A stretch of 64,000 bases of DNA, taken from positions 20,084,587 through 20,148,586 of the forward strand of contig CM120648.1 in the NCBI GenBank assembly GCA_051362555.1, in the 5' to 3' direction. Origin of the DNA: Lingula anatina. Taxonomy: Eukaryota > Animalia > Brachiopoda. The notes under the pieces are model-generated. The model ran no database searches. It had not been told where the DNA came from and saw nothing but the letters and a program-made list of their open reading frames with translations. Positions within the stretch are counted from its first letter, which is position 1; every line of letters starts with the position of its first letter. Positions 25,426 through 40,400 of this stretch are shown piece after piece. Made by a program: the position numbers and the translations under genes.

Positions 25426-28400
25426 AACTGGAAGATTAAAAGTTTGAATAGCATCTTCATTGGAATTATATTTACCTCAAGCTCTGCCAAGGAGGTCATA
25501 TTTTCACCCCCGTTTGTCTGTCATCCACATAACACAAAAAGTTATGGACTGATTTTGCAGAAATTTTCAGGAACTGTCGGAAGTGGGCCAAAGAGGACAA
25601 TGATTAATTTTTGGTGGTGGTCTGGAACAATAATCAATCAATTATCAATAATAATCAACAATTTCTGCCTTGACAGAGGTCTGCACTCTCAAAGTGCTTT
25701 TCTAGCTACGTTATGTTTTCCTTTATAATTTTTTCTCAAACACTTGCATTTGTGACTTTTAACTCTCATCTGCCTGGGGCTCTGCACATTTTCTGTATTT
25801 CCACATAAGCAGTTGTATTGTTTTTTATGTCTTTAAACATTATGTAATATTATTTTATGCACTGTCATCATTTTTCAAATATTGAGAGTTTCATAATGTG
25901 AATTTGAACTCTCATGGTCCTGAAACTGTAATTTTATTGAAGGGGTGGACCATCTTCTGGGTCTTCCTGAAGACAGTCAGGTTATTAAGTTTATATTGAC
26001 TGGTATCTATTTTTTTCTGTTGGAAGACCATCAAAATGGAGGATGGATCAACATAGATACTTTGTAATACTGTCAGAAAATATCTCTGGGTCCGCTCCTG
26101 TTATTGACCATGTTACCTGTTGTGCAAGATTAAAATTCAGTGTTGACTGACAGTGCTATTATAAGCATTATTTATTATTGCATCAAAATTGACAAAATGA
26201 CCTTTTTTGCATCTTTATTTTCTGTTTTTTGTCTGTACATTTGACAGCTTTGCTGCCTTGTTTTTTTTTTAACTAGTAAGCAAAATCTCTTACACTGCTA
26301 CAGCACATCATCTACTTGCTACAATTTTTACATCTGATGGTTTTTAAATTAAAGCTTACTGTCCCTGTGATTCATCAGCTGAGATTTTTTTTTTTGAATA
26401 AGTCATATTGTGTAATATTATTCTGTGTTGTTGTTAAAGGGATAACAATTGTTTGTATGATATCCATATTTACTAATAAATATATTGTAAACAACTCATA
26501 AAAATATAACAAATTATGTTTTACCACTAAAATGGCAGTCAACACATTTATTCGTACCACCAGCCTGTAAGTTGTTGGTACTCCTAATTTTATTCCCGAC
26601 CCGTCTCATACAGCTCCACTAGCTCCGCATTCTGGAGCTGGATACAAGTCACCATTCTCCTCCTAGACCCCAAGGACCCATGTCCCCATCTCTTGGATTT
26701 AGGTCACATATTATCTCAATTTGAACCCTTTTTTTTGGCTCAGTTGGTGCATTATCCTGGGCATGACGTTCGTTGAAACGCACCCTTGTCAAAATTTTTG
26801 AAAATTCGATGCCAAATATCTCTCAAACCAAAGGAATTATCGGAAAAATTACTATAGAATTTTGACCGAAAGTCATATTTGTAGATTCCAGATATGCCCT
26901 TGGATTTGACAGTTGACCTTTATCTCAAGGTCAAACAGGCCAAAATCTCCAAAAAATGGGGATTTAAAAAAAATATGTTTGTGCCAATTTTTAGAAACTA
27001 CACCGACCTAAGTGGGGGGATTACAATTTGGGACTTCTTCGGGAGTTTGGGGTCAATAGGTGCATTTTCACAGGAGAGGCAGCCGTTAGATGCCAAAGCT
27101 GAAAACTCTCTATTAAACCAGAACCCTAAATACAAGAGACCTCTTGTTTTTTGCATTTCGTAGAGCTTGTCAAGCTCAATTGATACGTACTGGGGTTGGA
27201 ATCCATTTTTTTGTTTGTTTTTGATATGTAGGTTAGGAGTTGTGCTATATAAAAAAGTACATTTCAATATTCAGTAGTGAAGCAAAATGTGAAATACTCA
27301 AAAACTGGCAGAGATACACCCATGGTTACTATTGACCTTGAATAAGAAGTCACATACTGGCAGCCAAACTGTGACCTTGAAATTGACCTTTGACCTAGTT
27401 TTTCATCTTAAACTAAGTCTTGCAAATTTTTTGCCTCTTTTATCTGCAAAAATGGCAGAGATACACTTTGTGTGCAAATCGACTTTGTGATTTATGAAAA
27501 ATGTCTGTATACTTCACTTTGTTCTTCAGCAGTGATTCAGTATCCAGATTACACACCCTTTTTATCTATCTGTCTATTTTACTCGAAGTTTGTTTTACCC
27601 TGATATAAATAACGCACCATAGTATTTTTGGGAATTTCTCAATTCAATTCAAAAATTTAATTAAGCTGCGATTTATCGACTTTTGTCATCGTGAAAATGT
27701 GAGATTTTACATAACACACTGTTACTCTCAAGCACATATGCAGGCATCCACCTCTCTAGATTTTCTCTCGTTTCCTCTCTGCTATCACTTCACAATAAAT
27801 ATAACGTCTGCAAACATCATCGTTCACCTTATCCATGAGTCCTTTTGTCAATCTGAAGCATAACATATGTATTACCAGGTGAGTTTAATGAACGGCTTCG
27901 CCGATTGTGTGAAAGTGGTAAGATTCCAGTATACCGACAGCGAGTAGCTATTGTTGGACCTTACGGTGTGGGAAAGACTCATCTCGCCAAGCGCCTCATC
28001 CATGAGGAATATATCAAAGAAGAAGATGCAAATACAACTGGCGTGAATATATACCGCCATAGGTGTGTTGTCCATAAAGCTGGCCGATCCTGTTGGATCA
28101 GAGGAAAAGGTAAGCAGAATATAGGAAAATGGTAGACACATATGGAATTTGTTTATAAAGAATACAAAGAACAGAAGATAAGACATTTTCAATTTTACCA
28201 CATAATTCACAATAAGGAATTATACATACATGTACGTGTGGGTGTCGAAATGTGTCCTTCCATATCTTAGTATGGTAGACGAGGGGCTGAGTGAAAAAGT
28301 ACCTAAATAAGTGGTGCCTTTGTATTGTTATCAATCATTTGACATACATGACACTTTACAATATACTACTATAGCCCATTGATTATTTTTTAACTGGGTA

Positions 28401-31400
28401 CAAACACGATAATTTCATTCTCTGTAAAAACACCATGCTTTATTTTACTCAATATTGAATTAAATTTTTCAACGGTGTAGCCTGATACGTACACTCAGAA
28501 AAGGTACATTTAGATGCAATGCTTGATCTAACTGTATGATCCTTCCAACTATTCTCAGATGATCCAAAAGACCAGTTTGCACAAAATATGGCAATTGGAG
28601 TACAGAATTCAGATACGTTTTGCCAGCCGGACTTAACAGTATTAGACCAAACGCCACTAGAGGAATCCCTACCAGATTCGGAAGTGAATATTAATAACAT
28701 GCTGACAAATAGAGGTATTGTACATGATTGTCTCGAATAGTTCATCTTGGTGCAATTTAAACAGATATTTGTACAATGTAGTTATTCTTCTTTTTTGCCA
28801 AGAGATTCCACCTTCTATGTTTTTTTTTTTCGTTGGCCATTCCACATATATGTGCCTTGAAGACAGCATCCCAAATTTTATTTTATATGTTTAAATTTTG
28901 TAAAGAAATTCCTTTCTAAATTCTTTTATCTTAGCCATGTTTTTGTTTACTTTAAAGTTGAGTCATTTTCTGCTAGAATGGTGTTTGATATTATTCTTCT
29001 CTTTATTCTACAGCCGCTCCCCCTGATGACAGTGAATTACCTGCCTCTCCTGACAAAACAGCAGGTAAATAGTGCACATGTAGTAAAACAAGATTCTCGT
29101 GTATTCTTAGCTTGCCGATTAGGTATGTGAGTGTCTACATTCTTATTTTCATCAAACTGGGACTTAGAACTCACACTGGCATGAAGCTCAGAGGTAATCA
29201 AATTTTCTTAAAGCAATAATAACTCTTCGTTTTGGCCAAAAAATGAATTTTCCTGGAGTCAACAACAATTTTCCCACACTTACCAATAGTTAATGAATCT
29301 ATTTTTATATTCAAAGTTAGTCCCTGGTTTTTTTTCAAAAAGTTTGGTTTTTAGTTAAAATCTCTTAAGAGATTTTACCACAGTATAGCCATCAATGGAG
29401 GTCACGTGATCTGAAGACAAGCTCAGATATCAGAATAATAGCTATAACGGCTGTTTTCGTCGTAAAACGGAATATATTATATTTCTATGAGTTATTCACA
29501 ATGTTTTTATTGTGAAATATAGATTTCATACGAAGAGTTATTATCCCTTTAATGTCCATGTTTTTAATAGAAGATAATTAAAATTTTGTGGTATTTATAC
29601 AGTTGACCATTATGTTATATTGCATCAAAAACCTACTTTGTGCACTATCACCATAACGTTATAAAAAGAAAACTGTTACCTATTTTTTTATTTACAAAAA
29701 TGGTTCTTAGGATTGACAAACAGCTTAAATTAGAAAACCAGCTCTTTTGAATTATTGTTTTAATCGAATTATGCATTTTTTGTGAAATTTCTATTTATCT
29801 CATTCTGGTGTGAGCTTCAACTCTCATGGGCCTGAAGCCTTATGCTTTTACTTACATCGTTATATACTATTGTGCATAATTAAATTTTGAGGTTGACTGT
29901 GCAGTTAAGCATTGTATTACATTAGAACTGACAGCCTCCTATTTTGTGCATTATTATTTTCTGCTTTTTTAAAATTGTGACTTAGATATTTCATGGGCCT
30001 GAATACCTTTGCTAGTCACATTTGGGTGACAAGCCTCTAATCTTCCATTGGGTAACTACTAGCAAAATTCAGAACTATAAGGTCACTTGCCTAAATTAAG
30101 TTTCAAGTGGCAATAAAATTAGACATGTTGAGATTCCCTGTAAACTCCCATAGGTTAAGTTCTCTGCCAGATAACAGTGTCCATAATAGGGAAGCAGTGA
30201 TAATTATGCAGATAAATGTTGTTTAATTTTGCAAATAAGTTTTCAAAAAATTATTTTGTATAATGCCAACATTAATGCTAGTTTGAAAAGCAGCTTTACT
30301 GGAATGTTTTGTTTTTAATTTTTTCAAACACTGAGGGTTTCAACTCAATTTTTAACTCCCCTCCACCTGAAGCTCTGCACATTTTCTGTTTTCCCACATA
30401 AGCAGTTGTATTGGTATTTATGTATTTCAACATTATGTAACATTATATTATTCTATGCACTGCTTTCATATGTCAGATATTGTGATTTCATTATGTGAAT
30501 TTGAACTCTCGTGGTCCTGAAACTGTAAGGCCACACTTTTTTAATTTTATGGATGACATCCTGCGCGCGCACGGATTTTCGCCCGTTCTCCAAAAAAAAA
30601 AAAAGCCCCCCCCCCCCAGCCCCCAACGAAGTTGGTTGTCGCAAACGTTGTTATTGAATTTGCAAGGAAATGAGCTTTCTGCGCATGCATATTTTCGCCA
30701 CGTGGAAATGCGGCCACTTTGCTGTCAAATTAATCTCTAGGATTACTTTCAAATTACACAACAATAAAAGTCATCAAGAGAACGGGCGCCATCGTTTTGG
30801 ATTGGTATGCCATTGCTATTGGGCATGGAGATATCACCTTTTTACAATTGTGCGAAAGGCTGGCGGCGGCCGAAACATTTCTGTGACATTCTGTATAAAG
30901 CAGCACATTAATACCAGGTTTTCTGTAGCGAAAAAAGGTCGACAAGTGCGTCGAGGTATTTGGTGGGCTGAAGGTCGGACAGGCCACCTGACAGTTTAGC
31001 TGCTTCGTGTGAGTTGAAGTTGACAAAATGGCATCGTCTGAAATGACCTTTAATAGATTTGGTAGTATTAAGCATATCTTTGCATCATTTTTTAAACATT
31101 TCTGTGAAGTGTTCAAAATGTTTTAATATTCTGAGAATACAAATAAAGACGCACTGTTTGATTGATATTTGTTTTATTGATTGCTATACCAAATGAATGC
31201 ATGAAATAACCTTAATAGATTTGGTAATATGAAGTATATCAATTCATGACTTTTTTTTTACATTTCTACGAAGTATTCACAATGCTTTAATATTTTGAGA
31301 GCATGGATAAAGACATATTGTTAGTTTGATACGTGTTTCTGTGGTTAAATTTGTGTTTCCAGCTGTGTACTGACAGCATTCCTTTACTTAAGCAGTTTTT

Positions 31401-34400
31401 TTTTTTTTGGACTGTTTTTTTTTTTTTTCGCCCTCTCGCACCGATTTTGGGGTACCCAGAGGATGTCATCCATAAAAATAAAAAAGTGTGGCCTAATCTT
31501 ATCATAGGGGCAGATTGGGATCGTCCTCAAGGTTTTCAGGAAGACGGTCAGATTTTAAAGTTTACATTGACGGGTATCTATTTTTATGTACAGACACAGA
31601 TGTGTCTGTACATATTGCCATCACCTGCGTCTGTCGTCGCCATCGCCGATGGCGATGGCGATGCCGATGGCGATGCCGGCGCCGTGCACTTTCCTTGTAA
31701 ACACGATAAGTGGAGGGCAGTTTTACTTTTTGGCTTTATATTTACAGAGCTGATGAATATTCATAAAATGCAGGTCAAGTTCGAAAATCAGCATGATCGG
31801 GCCATTATTGTAGAAGTTATGCTGTTTTTTCACTTTTCAGCATATTTTTCACATTTCCTCAGATTCAATTCTTAGGCATGTTAACAGTCTCATTATTAAA
31901 CTAATAAGATACGTAAAAGTTTTTGTTTGACATTTCCTGCATCTTTACAACATTGTTAGTTGATTTTGTAAAAATGATGGTAAACTTGTTATCGTGTATT
32001 GTGTAATTAAGTGTCAAAAATGGAAATAAACACATATCATTGCAGTTTGTCAGATTTAATCATCCACTATGTTCAGAATCTCATAATGGAAGAAATTGGA
32101 CATTTAACACTGCTCTGTTGATATTTTTCCCATCTCATCAATTTTCTTAGTTGATCATATAAAAATGGCAGTAAACTGTTAATTTTGTTATATGTTAAAA
32201 ATTGTTAAAAACTGAAAAAAAAAACATTTCAGAACAGTGCTGTCTTGTTTACATTTTGGCATTTCAAGTTGTGACTTTGAAATTCCATGGGCCTGAAGAC
32301 CTTTGCTAGTCACATTTTCTGAATATCCATGATACTAATATTTTATTATTAAAAATTGATGGTCATCATGCTGTTAAACATTATGTAATATTGCATCAAA
32401 ATTTGAAAAAACCTATTTTGGGCACTGCTCCCATGATGACCATTTAAGAAAAACCATGTCACTTACTGTTCTCAAACAGTACAGTAAATATATATAGATG
32501 TGTCTGTACATATTGCCATCACCTGCGTCTGTTGTCCCCGTCATCGCCGTCGCTGGCGCCGTGCACTTTCATTGTAAACACGATAAGTAGAAGGCGTGTC
32601 TGTACATATTGCCATCACCTGCGTCTGTCGTCGCCGTCGCCGATGCTGATGCCGATGCCGATGCCGTCGCCGTGCACTTTCCTTGTAAACACGATAAGTG
32701 GAGGGCAGTTTTACTTTTTGGCTTTATATTTACAGAGCTGATGAATATTCATAAAACGCAGGTCAAGTTCGAAAATCAGCATGATCGGGCCATTGTTGTA
32801 GAAGTTATGCTATTTTTTCACTTTTCAGCATATATGCAACACTGTAAACACATTTTAAGGAAAACCGTTAGGCCTGTTGTCATGAAACTCACAGGAGTAA
32901 TCAATCATACTAAAACAGGTCAAGTTCGAAAAATCAGCATGATCGGGCCATTTTTAGGGGAGTTATGCTTTTTTTTTTCATTTTTCAGCATATATGCAAC
33001 ACTGTAAACACAATATAAGAAAAACAGATAGGCCAATTGTCATTAAACTCACAGGAGTGGTCAATCTTACTAAAACGCAGGTTGAGTTCGAAAATCAGCA
33101 TAATTGGGCCATTATTTTAGAAGTTATGCTGTTTTTTCATATTTCCTCAGATTCAATTCTTAGGCATGTTAACAGTCTTATTACTAGTACCACCAGCGTG
33201 TACGCTGGCGGTACTCATGGTTTTAGTCCCGACCCGTCTCGTCCGGCTCCGCCGGCTCTGCCGGCTCCGTAAGCTCCGCCGGCTCCGCGTACTGGCGCCG
33301 GATACAAGCCACCGTTACCGCTTCTCCTCCTAGACCGCAAGGACCCCTGTCCCCATCTCTTGGATTTAGGTCACATATAACCTCAACTTGAACCCCCAGG
33401 TTTTTTTGTCTCAGTCGCTGCATTGACCTGGGCGTGACGCTCCTTGAAATGCACCCTTGTCAAAATTTTTGAAAATTCAATGCCAATTATCTACCCTACG
33501 GAAGGAATTATGGGAAAATTTTCTACAGACAGCTTTCCAAAAGTCATATGTGTAGATTTCAAATTTGCCCTTGGATTTGACCTTTGACCTTTATTTCAAG
33601 GTCAAACGGGCCAAAATTAAAAAAAAATGAAATTTTTTAAGAAAAAAAATATTATTTGCCCTGTTATTCAGACACCACACAGACTTAACCAATAATATTA
33701 TTGGAAAGTGTTACCCTTCAGGTCATCTTTCATCTCCATGAATTTGGGGTCAATCGGTGCATTTTCTTGGGAGTAACGGCCATAAGATGCCAAAACTGAA
33801 AACTGTCTCTAATTCGGGAACCGTTAATGCTAGAGACCCATTCTTTTTTGCATTTTGTAGAGCATGTAAAGCCCAACACTGAAAGTGGTCCCCGTTTTTT
33901 TGTATTCCAAACGGTTTTCGTGTTATGCTGTATTAAAAAGTACTTTGTGGTGGCACATTATTGTAACTCAGAATTGTAACATTTAGTCCCTTATATCTCC
34001 AAAACTGGCCGAGATAGGTCAATAGTTATTATTTAAGTTGAATAGGAAGTCATTTACTTGCAATCTAGATGTGAGCTTGAAATTGACCTTTGACCTACTT
34101 TTCACCATGAACTGAACTTTGCAAATTATTGTTCCCTTTTATCTCCAAAACTGGCAGAGATAGGTCAATAGTTACTATTGAACTTGAATAGGAAGTCACA
34201 TACTGGCAATTTAACAGTGACCTTAAAATTGACCTTTGACCTACTTTTCACCATGAATTGAACTTTGCCAATTTTCGTTCCCTTTAATCCCCAAAACTGA
34301 CAGAGATAGGTCCATAGTCACTATTGAACTTGAATAGGAAGTCATATACTGACAATTTACTATGACCTTAAATTTGACCTTTGACCTACTTTTTACCACA

Positions 34401-37400
34401 AACTGAACTTTGCAAATTTTTGTTCCCTTTTATCTCCAAAACTGGCAAAGATACGCCCATAGTTACTATTGAATTTGAATAGAAAGTCATTAGAGGCAAT
34501 TTATTTTGACCTTAAAATTGACCTTTAACCTACTTTTCACCATGAACTGAACTTTGAAAATATTTGTTCCCTTTTATCTCCAAAACTGGCAGAGATAGGT
34601 CCATAGTTACCATTGAACTTGAATAGGAAGTCATACACTGGCAATCTAAGTGGGACCTTGAAATTGACCTTTGACCTACTTTTCATCATGAACTGAACTT
34701 TGCAGATTTTCTTTCCCTTTTATCTCCAAAACTGGCAGAGATAGGTCCATAGTTACTATTGAACTTAAATAGGAAGTCATATACTGGCAATTTACTGTGA
34801 CCTTAAAATTGACCTTTGACCGTCTTTTTACTATGAACTGAACTTAGCAAATTTTCGTTCACCTTTATCTTCAAAACTGACAGAGATAGGTCCATAGTTA
34901 CTATTGAACTTGAATAGGAAGTACACTAGCAATCTGTGACCTTGAAATTGACCTTTGACCTACTTTTTATGATGAACTGCTTTTTGCATGTTTTCTGGCC
35001 TTTAAATCTGCAAAATTGGCAAAGAAATGCCCATGGTTGCTATTGAACTTGAATAGAAATTCATATACTATGATATTGAAATTGACCTTTGACCTACTTT
35101 TTCACCATGAACTGAGCTTTGCATATTTTCTTGCCTCTCATATCTTTAAATCTAGCAGAGATGTCCCCATTGTTTCCCCTAGGTTTTATCTTTTGTCAGC
35201 ATATATGCACCATTGACAACGTATTTCAAGGAAAACCAATAGGCCTTTTGTCTAGAGAATACAGGAGTGATCAAGGGTATGAAAATGCAAGTCAATTCAA
35301 AAATCTGCTTGATTGTATCATTTTTAGTCATATTTTTTTGCATATTTTGAGAACTCTTGTTGATTGCATCTTATAGAGCTTGTCAAACACCAGACTGGTG
35401 ATGGTGTCCCTTTTAGGAGGGGGGGGGGTCCATACGAATGCGCTTACTCCAGCTGGTGGTACAATATCCGGAGGCGGTATCGCCTCTCTGATCCTCTAGT
35501 TTTACTAAGAAGATACGTAAAAGTTTTTGTTTGACATTTCCTGCATCTTTACAGCATTGTTAGTTGATTTTGTAAAAATGATGGTAAACTTGTTATCGTG
35601 TATTGTGTAATAAAGTGTCAAAAATGGAAATAAACACATATCATTGCAGTTTGTCAGATTCAATCATTCACTATGTACAGAATCTCAGAATGGAAGAAAT
35701 TGGACATTTAACACTGCTCTATTAATATTTTTCCCATCTCATCAATTTTCTCAGTTGATCATATAAAAACGGTAGTAAACTGTTAATTTTGTTTTATGTT
35801 AGAAATTGTTAAAACTGGAAAAAAAAAACATTTCAGAACATTGCTGTCTTGTATACATTTTGGCATTTTCAAGTTGTGACTTTGAAGTTCCATGGGCCTG
35901 AAGACCTTTGCTAGTCTTATTTTCTGAATATCCATAATACTAATATTTTATTATTAAAATTGATGGTCATTATGCTGTTAAACATTATGTAATATTGCAT
36001 CAAAATTTGAAAAAAAAAAAAACTATTTTGGGCATTGCTCCCATGATGACCATTTAAGAAAAACCATGTCACTTACTGTTCTCAAACTTACAGGCAAGAA
36101 ACATTGGACTAAAATACAGCTTCAGTAGGCAATGCAGTCTGTTTGGTAATTCTTACTGCCAGTTAAACGTTTTTTTTTTTTTGTGAAAATTTAATTTTTC
36201 ACATATTGGCATTTTCAAGGTGTGACTTTGAAGTTCCACGGGCTTGAAGACCCATGCTAGTCACATTTTCTGACAATTCTTGATACGTATATTTTATTAT
36301 TAAAAATTGACGGTCATTATGCTGTTAACCATTATGTAATATGGCATCAGAATAGAAGAAAACACAATTTTGGGTGCTGCTGCCATGATGACCATTATGG
36401 GAAAACCATGTTAGGGGAGAGCGGGGTTGGTTGGAACAGTTTTCACCTTTTTTGCGATATCTCAGCAGTCAAAGCTTTGGGGACAAAAATAAAAAATCTG
36501 ATAGGGGAAAATTATATGCCGCACTTATCTATGAAATAAAACATCAAGTAGGTCTTTTTATTTTAGAGTAATAAATGCTCAAAGTTGGCTCCTAAAACGT
36601 TCCATCTCACCCCACCCGCGGGGTCAGTTGGAACAGGCAGTGGGGTGAGTTGGAACAAGAGGGCGAGTTGGAACGCTTGCATATAAATTCAAAGTATAAT
36701 TCATTTTAAGAGTAGGTTTATCTATATTAATTTCCCAACAAGTACGTGTTACTTTGTATTCGTATCTCCATAGTTTGTAAGCATTTTTTACGTTTACAAT
36801 TTGCTTTCAAATAGTCTTTTCGATGTATAAACCATATCCAGTTACACTTCATTTCATAATGATAACAAAAGTGGTGTAGTTTAAGAGAAAAGAAATTGAA
36901 CTCATATAACTCAACCTATTAACAACAGTATGTTAGACCTACAAATGAAAACTGTATCTCTTTCAACTCAACAACTCAGAATCAAAATCGCAGTTCTGAC
37001 ATATGTAGGCCCTACACTTGGTCAACCTTTGTACAGTCTTCATGTGACCACTTTAAACAAACAATGCATTTAACCCATTGCTCTTTTGGTCGGCTGTTAA
37101 TGAACGGCTCCCAACAAACCAGACGTGGCCACTCTTCTTCTGACTCAGAATCGCTGGTCATCTTTAATTTCCCTTTTCTTGATTTTCTCTATTGACTAGA
37201 AATCTTAAACTGTTTTTTATTTTTGTTGCGCTTGTCCTTTTTAATTTTGTTGGGCTTGGCCTTTTCTTTTTCGAGTAGCTCATTTTCAGGTGTGTCAGTT
37301 AGTACTGCACTGCATTGTTTTCTTCTTTTAATCTTTGGAATGCGACGGTGAGCCTTTGGAAAGGGTCTAATTATTGCTGGACTTGAGCTGTTTGGGGTTT

Positions 37401-40400
37401 TTCTTAAGTGAGCTTTAGTGTGCTGTAGCACCTCTTCCGGTGAGGGCAACTGAGATTTCAACTGAATCTTTGTCTAAGTTACGAGGTGAATGTTTGTCCT
37501 TTCTGGCGGATTTTGTACCGTCGTTCACTAAACATTAACAGCAACCCCCAATCCATTACACAAAACATTTAAAACCACATCGGCAGAATTGGTGTTGTAT
37601 AGTTTATCCATAACATAGGCTCTCAGCTAGAATATTTTCATTTTGCCGCGAAAAGCAGAGTAATAATCAACATTTCCTTCCACATCTAAAAGCAATTTAT
37701 CGCAAAAAGCAACTGTGGGCATGCAGACCCCTTTCGACCAAACAGCTAGGAACTGCATTTAACAAGCAATGACCCCCCCCCCCTTGTATCTTCTACACGC
37801 ATGTACATTCCGGCATCTTGGAGATGTTCTATCAGCTAGATTCCGTCTCCAGTTGGAGTTGTACTGGGTTACTACGTTACTACTCTCTTTAAAGTTGAAA
37901 TTAAAACATTTAGAGAGGTTTAAAAAATGAAAAACACCGTGCGGGGTGGGTTGGAACACCCCTGACAGTGTTCCAACTGGCCCCATGTCAAATGTTCCGA
38001 CCAGCCCCCATGACGTCATGGCCTACTTATGACACTGTATTTCTTTAACACGTGGGAAGTGATTAAAAAAAACAAAAGCCTTTTGAACATCAAGGTGGCC
38101 CTAAACGCTATGCACAATTTCAGTGATATAATCCTTATACTTTAGTTTACAGCACGATGAATGTCAAAAATATGAAAACTTACTTCGAGTAGCGAAAATA
38201 AGTTTTTTTCGCATAAAACTTTTACTGCATTTTCGAAACTTCCACAAGTTTACCGGATGAATGACCATGCCACGTGACATTTTTATGCTGAAGGAGCACA
38301 TGATCGGTCTTGTGATTTAAGAAATAAAGCCAATGTTCCAACTTACCCGCGTTCCAACCCACCCCGCTCTCCCCTACTTATGATTGCCAAACTTTAAAAA
38401 AAGAAATACAGGACTAAAATGCAGCCTGAGTTGGAAAAGCAGTCTAATTGGCTTCTTTTTCTGGAAGTTATACATTTTCAAAGTGTGAACTTGTTACACA
38501 TTTTACTTACATTGGTATTACCTGTTGAGCATAATTAAAATTTGATGTTGAATTTGCAGTTTAACATAATGTACTTTTGCATCAGAATTGACAGTAGCCT
38601 ATTTTGTACATAGTTATTTCCTGTTTTTTGTCTGTACATTTGACAGCTTTGCTGCCTTGTTTTTGTTGGAAGACCATCTAAAATGGAGGGTGGATTAACA
38701 AAGATATTTTAAAATACTGTCAGAAAATACATTTGGATCCACTCCTGTTATTGACCATGTTACCTGTTGTGCATGACTTAAATTCAGTGTCGATTGACTG
38801 TGCTATTACAAGTATTATTTATTTTTTTATCAAAATGAGAAATTAACCTATTTTTTGCATCTTTATTTATTTATTTATTTATTTTGTCTGTAGACTCGCC
38901 CTTCAAGAAATCCATGCCTTCAAGAAATCGACGAAAACTGGAAGTGCGTGTTTTTTGCACCGTTTTTCCTGTCATGCCCATCGTAAACACTGTGTTGTCA
39001 AGTAAAATGAAGCGTCTGATACAAAGTATCAAATGCGGCAATGACGTGCTTGCTTGCGATGCGTTCAGTACACTTTGTTTACACTGAGAAGTCGAGGTCA
39101 GGAATGCATTATGTTTTTCTATGTAATTACGCAGTTTCAATTTTGATTAGTAAATTTTCTTTTATCTGCATGGTCATTTTCCGAACATTTGTATAAGCCA
39201 CGAAATATTTCTCATCGGAAAATCACCCAGCAGCTTTCCAAGTACAAGCAAGTGACGTCATGACGCACTTCCGGTTTTCGTCAAGATCTTGAAGGGATTA
39301 GCTTTACGGTTTGCTGCACATTTAAAGCGTTCTGTCTCAAAATGTACTCGACTGCTTGGATTGAAATTTACAAAACTTATTCTTCACATGATATCACACA
39401 TATGTGCTTAATTTGAGAGCTTTAGCTGTTATATATTTTCTACAGTGCCCATTCAAAATTGAAAAAGAGCTATTTTCTGTCGATTTCTTGAAGGGCAAGT
39501 CTACATTTGACAGATTTGCTGTCTTGTTTTATCTGGGTACAAACACGACAATTTAATTTTCTGTAAAATAAGTCTTCTTTATATGACTGAGGATTATTTT
39601 TCTTTTTGCCAAGGGATTCCACCTTCTATGTGTTTTTCGTTGGCCATTATACCTTATGTGCCTTGAAGACTGGGCACTTGATACCAATTATACTTGATCT
39701 TATTAGACGCATTTTCGATGTAATTTATTTATTTTTATACAATATTTATACAATATCCCAAAGTTATATGTTAAAATTTTGTAAAGAAATTCCTTTATCT
39801 TAGCCACGTTTTTGTTTACGTTAAGATTGAGTCATTTTCTGCTGGAATGGGGTTTGATATTCTTCTTCTCTTTATTCTACAGCCGCTCCCCCTGATGACA
39901 GGGAATCACCTGCCTCTCCTGACAGAGAAGCAGGTAAGTAGTGCACATGTAGTAAAACAAGATTCCGTCTTTTGCTCAGAATCTGCGAGTGTTGTTCTTA
40001 GCTTGTCGATTAAGTATGTGAGTTCCTGCATTCTTATTTTCATCAAACTGTATTAATAATGTTACATTAAAATTGACTATACCTTACAATTTTAATTGAT
40101 TTTAATTAATGTTAAAACATTCAGTGTTTATCACCCCGTTATGTTTTGAGCTTACCCACTTGTATTCATCAGAGAGGATACATTTTTAAGAAAAAATTTT
40201 TTTTTTGCAAATTGCCGTTAAACCTTCAGAAACAGACGAAAGCTTCTAATTTATTTGATAACTGTTTCACAAAGTTAATTGACACTAAACACATTCAAAT
40301 TTTGTGAATAATTACGATACTTTTTTATGCTAAAAAGTTTTATTTTAACTGCACTGTTTATTGTACAGTCCTTTTCAAAGGTGAAAGTGGATCTCATACC

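Larger units (their letters stand above)
31581..39526 (+). mobile_element. HINE family A array carrying three nested insertions
   Basis: Heads at ~31585, 32497, 32596; tails at ~38632 and 38886/39525; hosts HINE-B (33184-35499), a pogo-like element (36414-38374) and MITE M1 (38893-39501). Confidence 0.8.

Noticed and set aside
14186-33272. Recurring ORFs MCLYILPSPASVV...HDKWKAVLLFGFIFTELMNIHKTQVKFENQHD, which look like a gene family
   Set aside because: They are translations of the HINE-A repeat, with variable frameshifts and stops and no coding-type conservation
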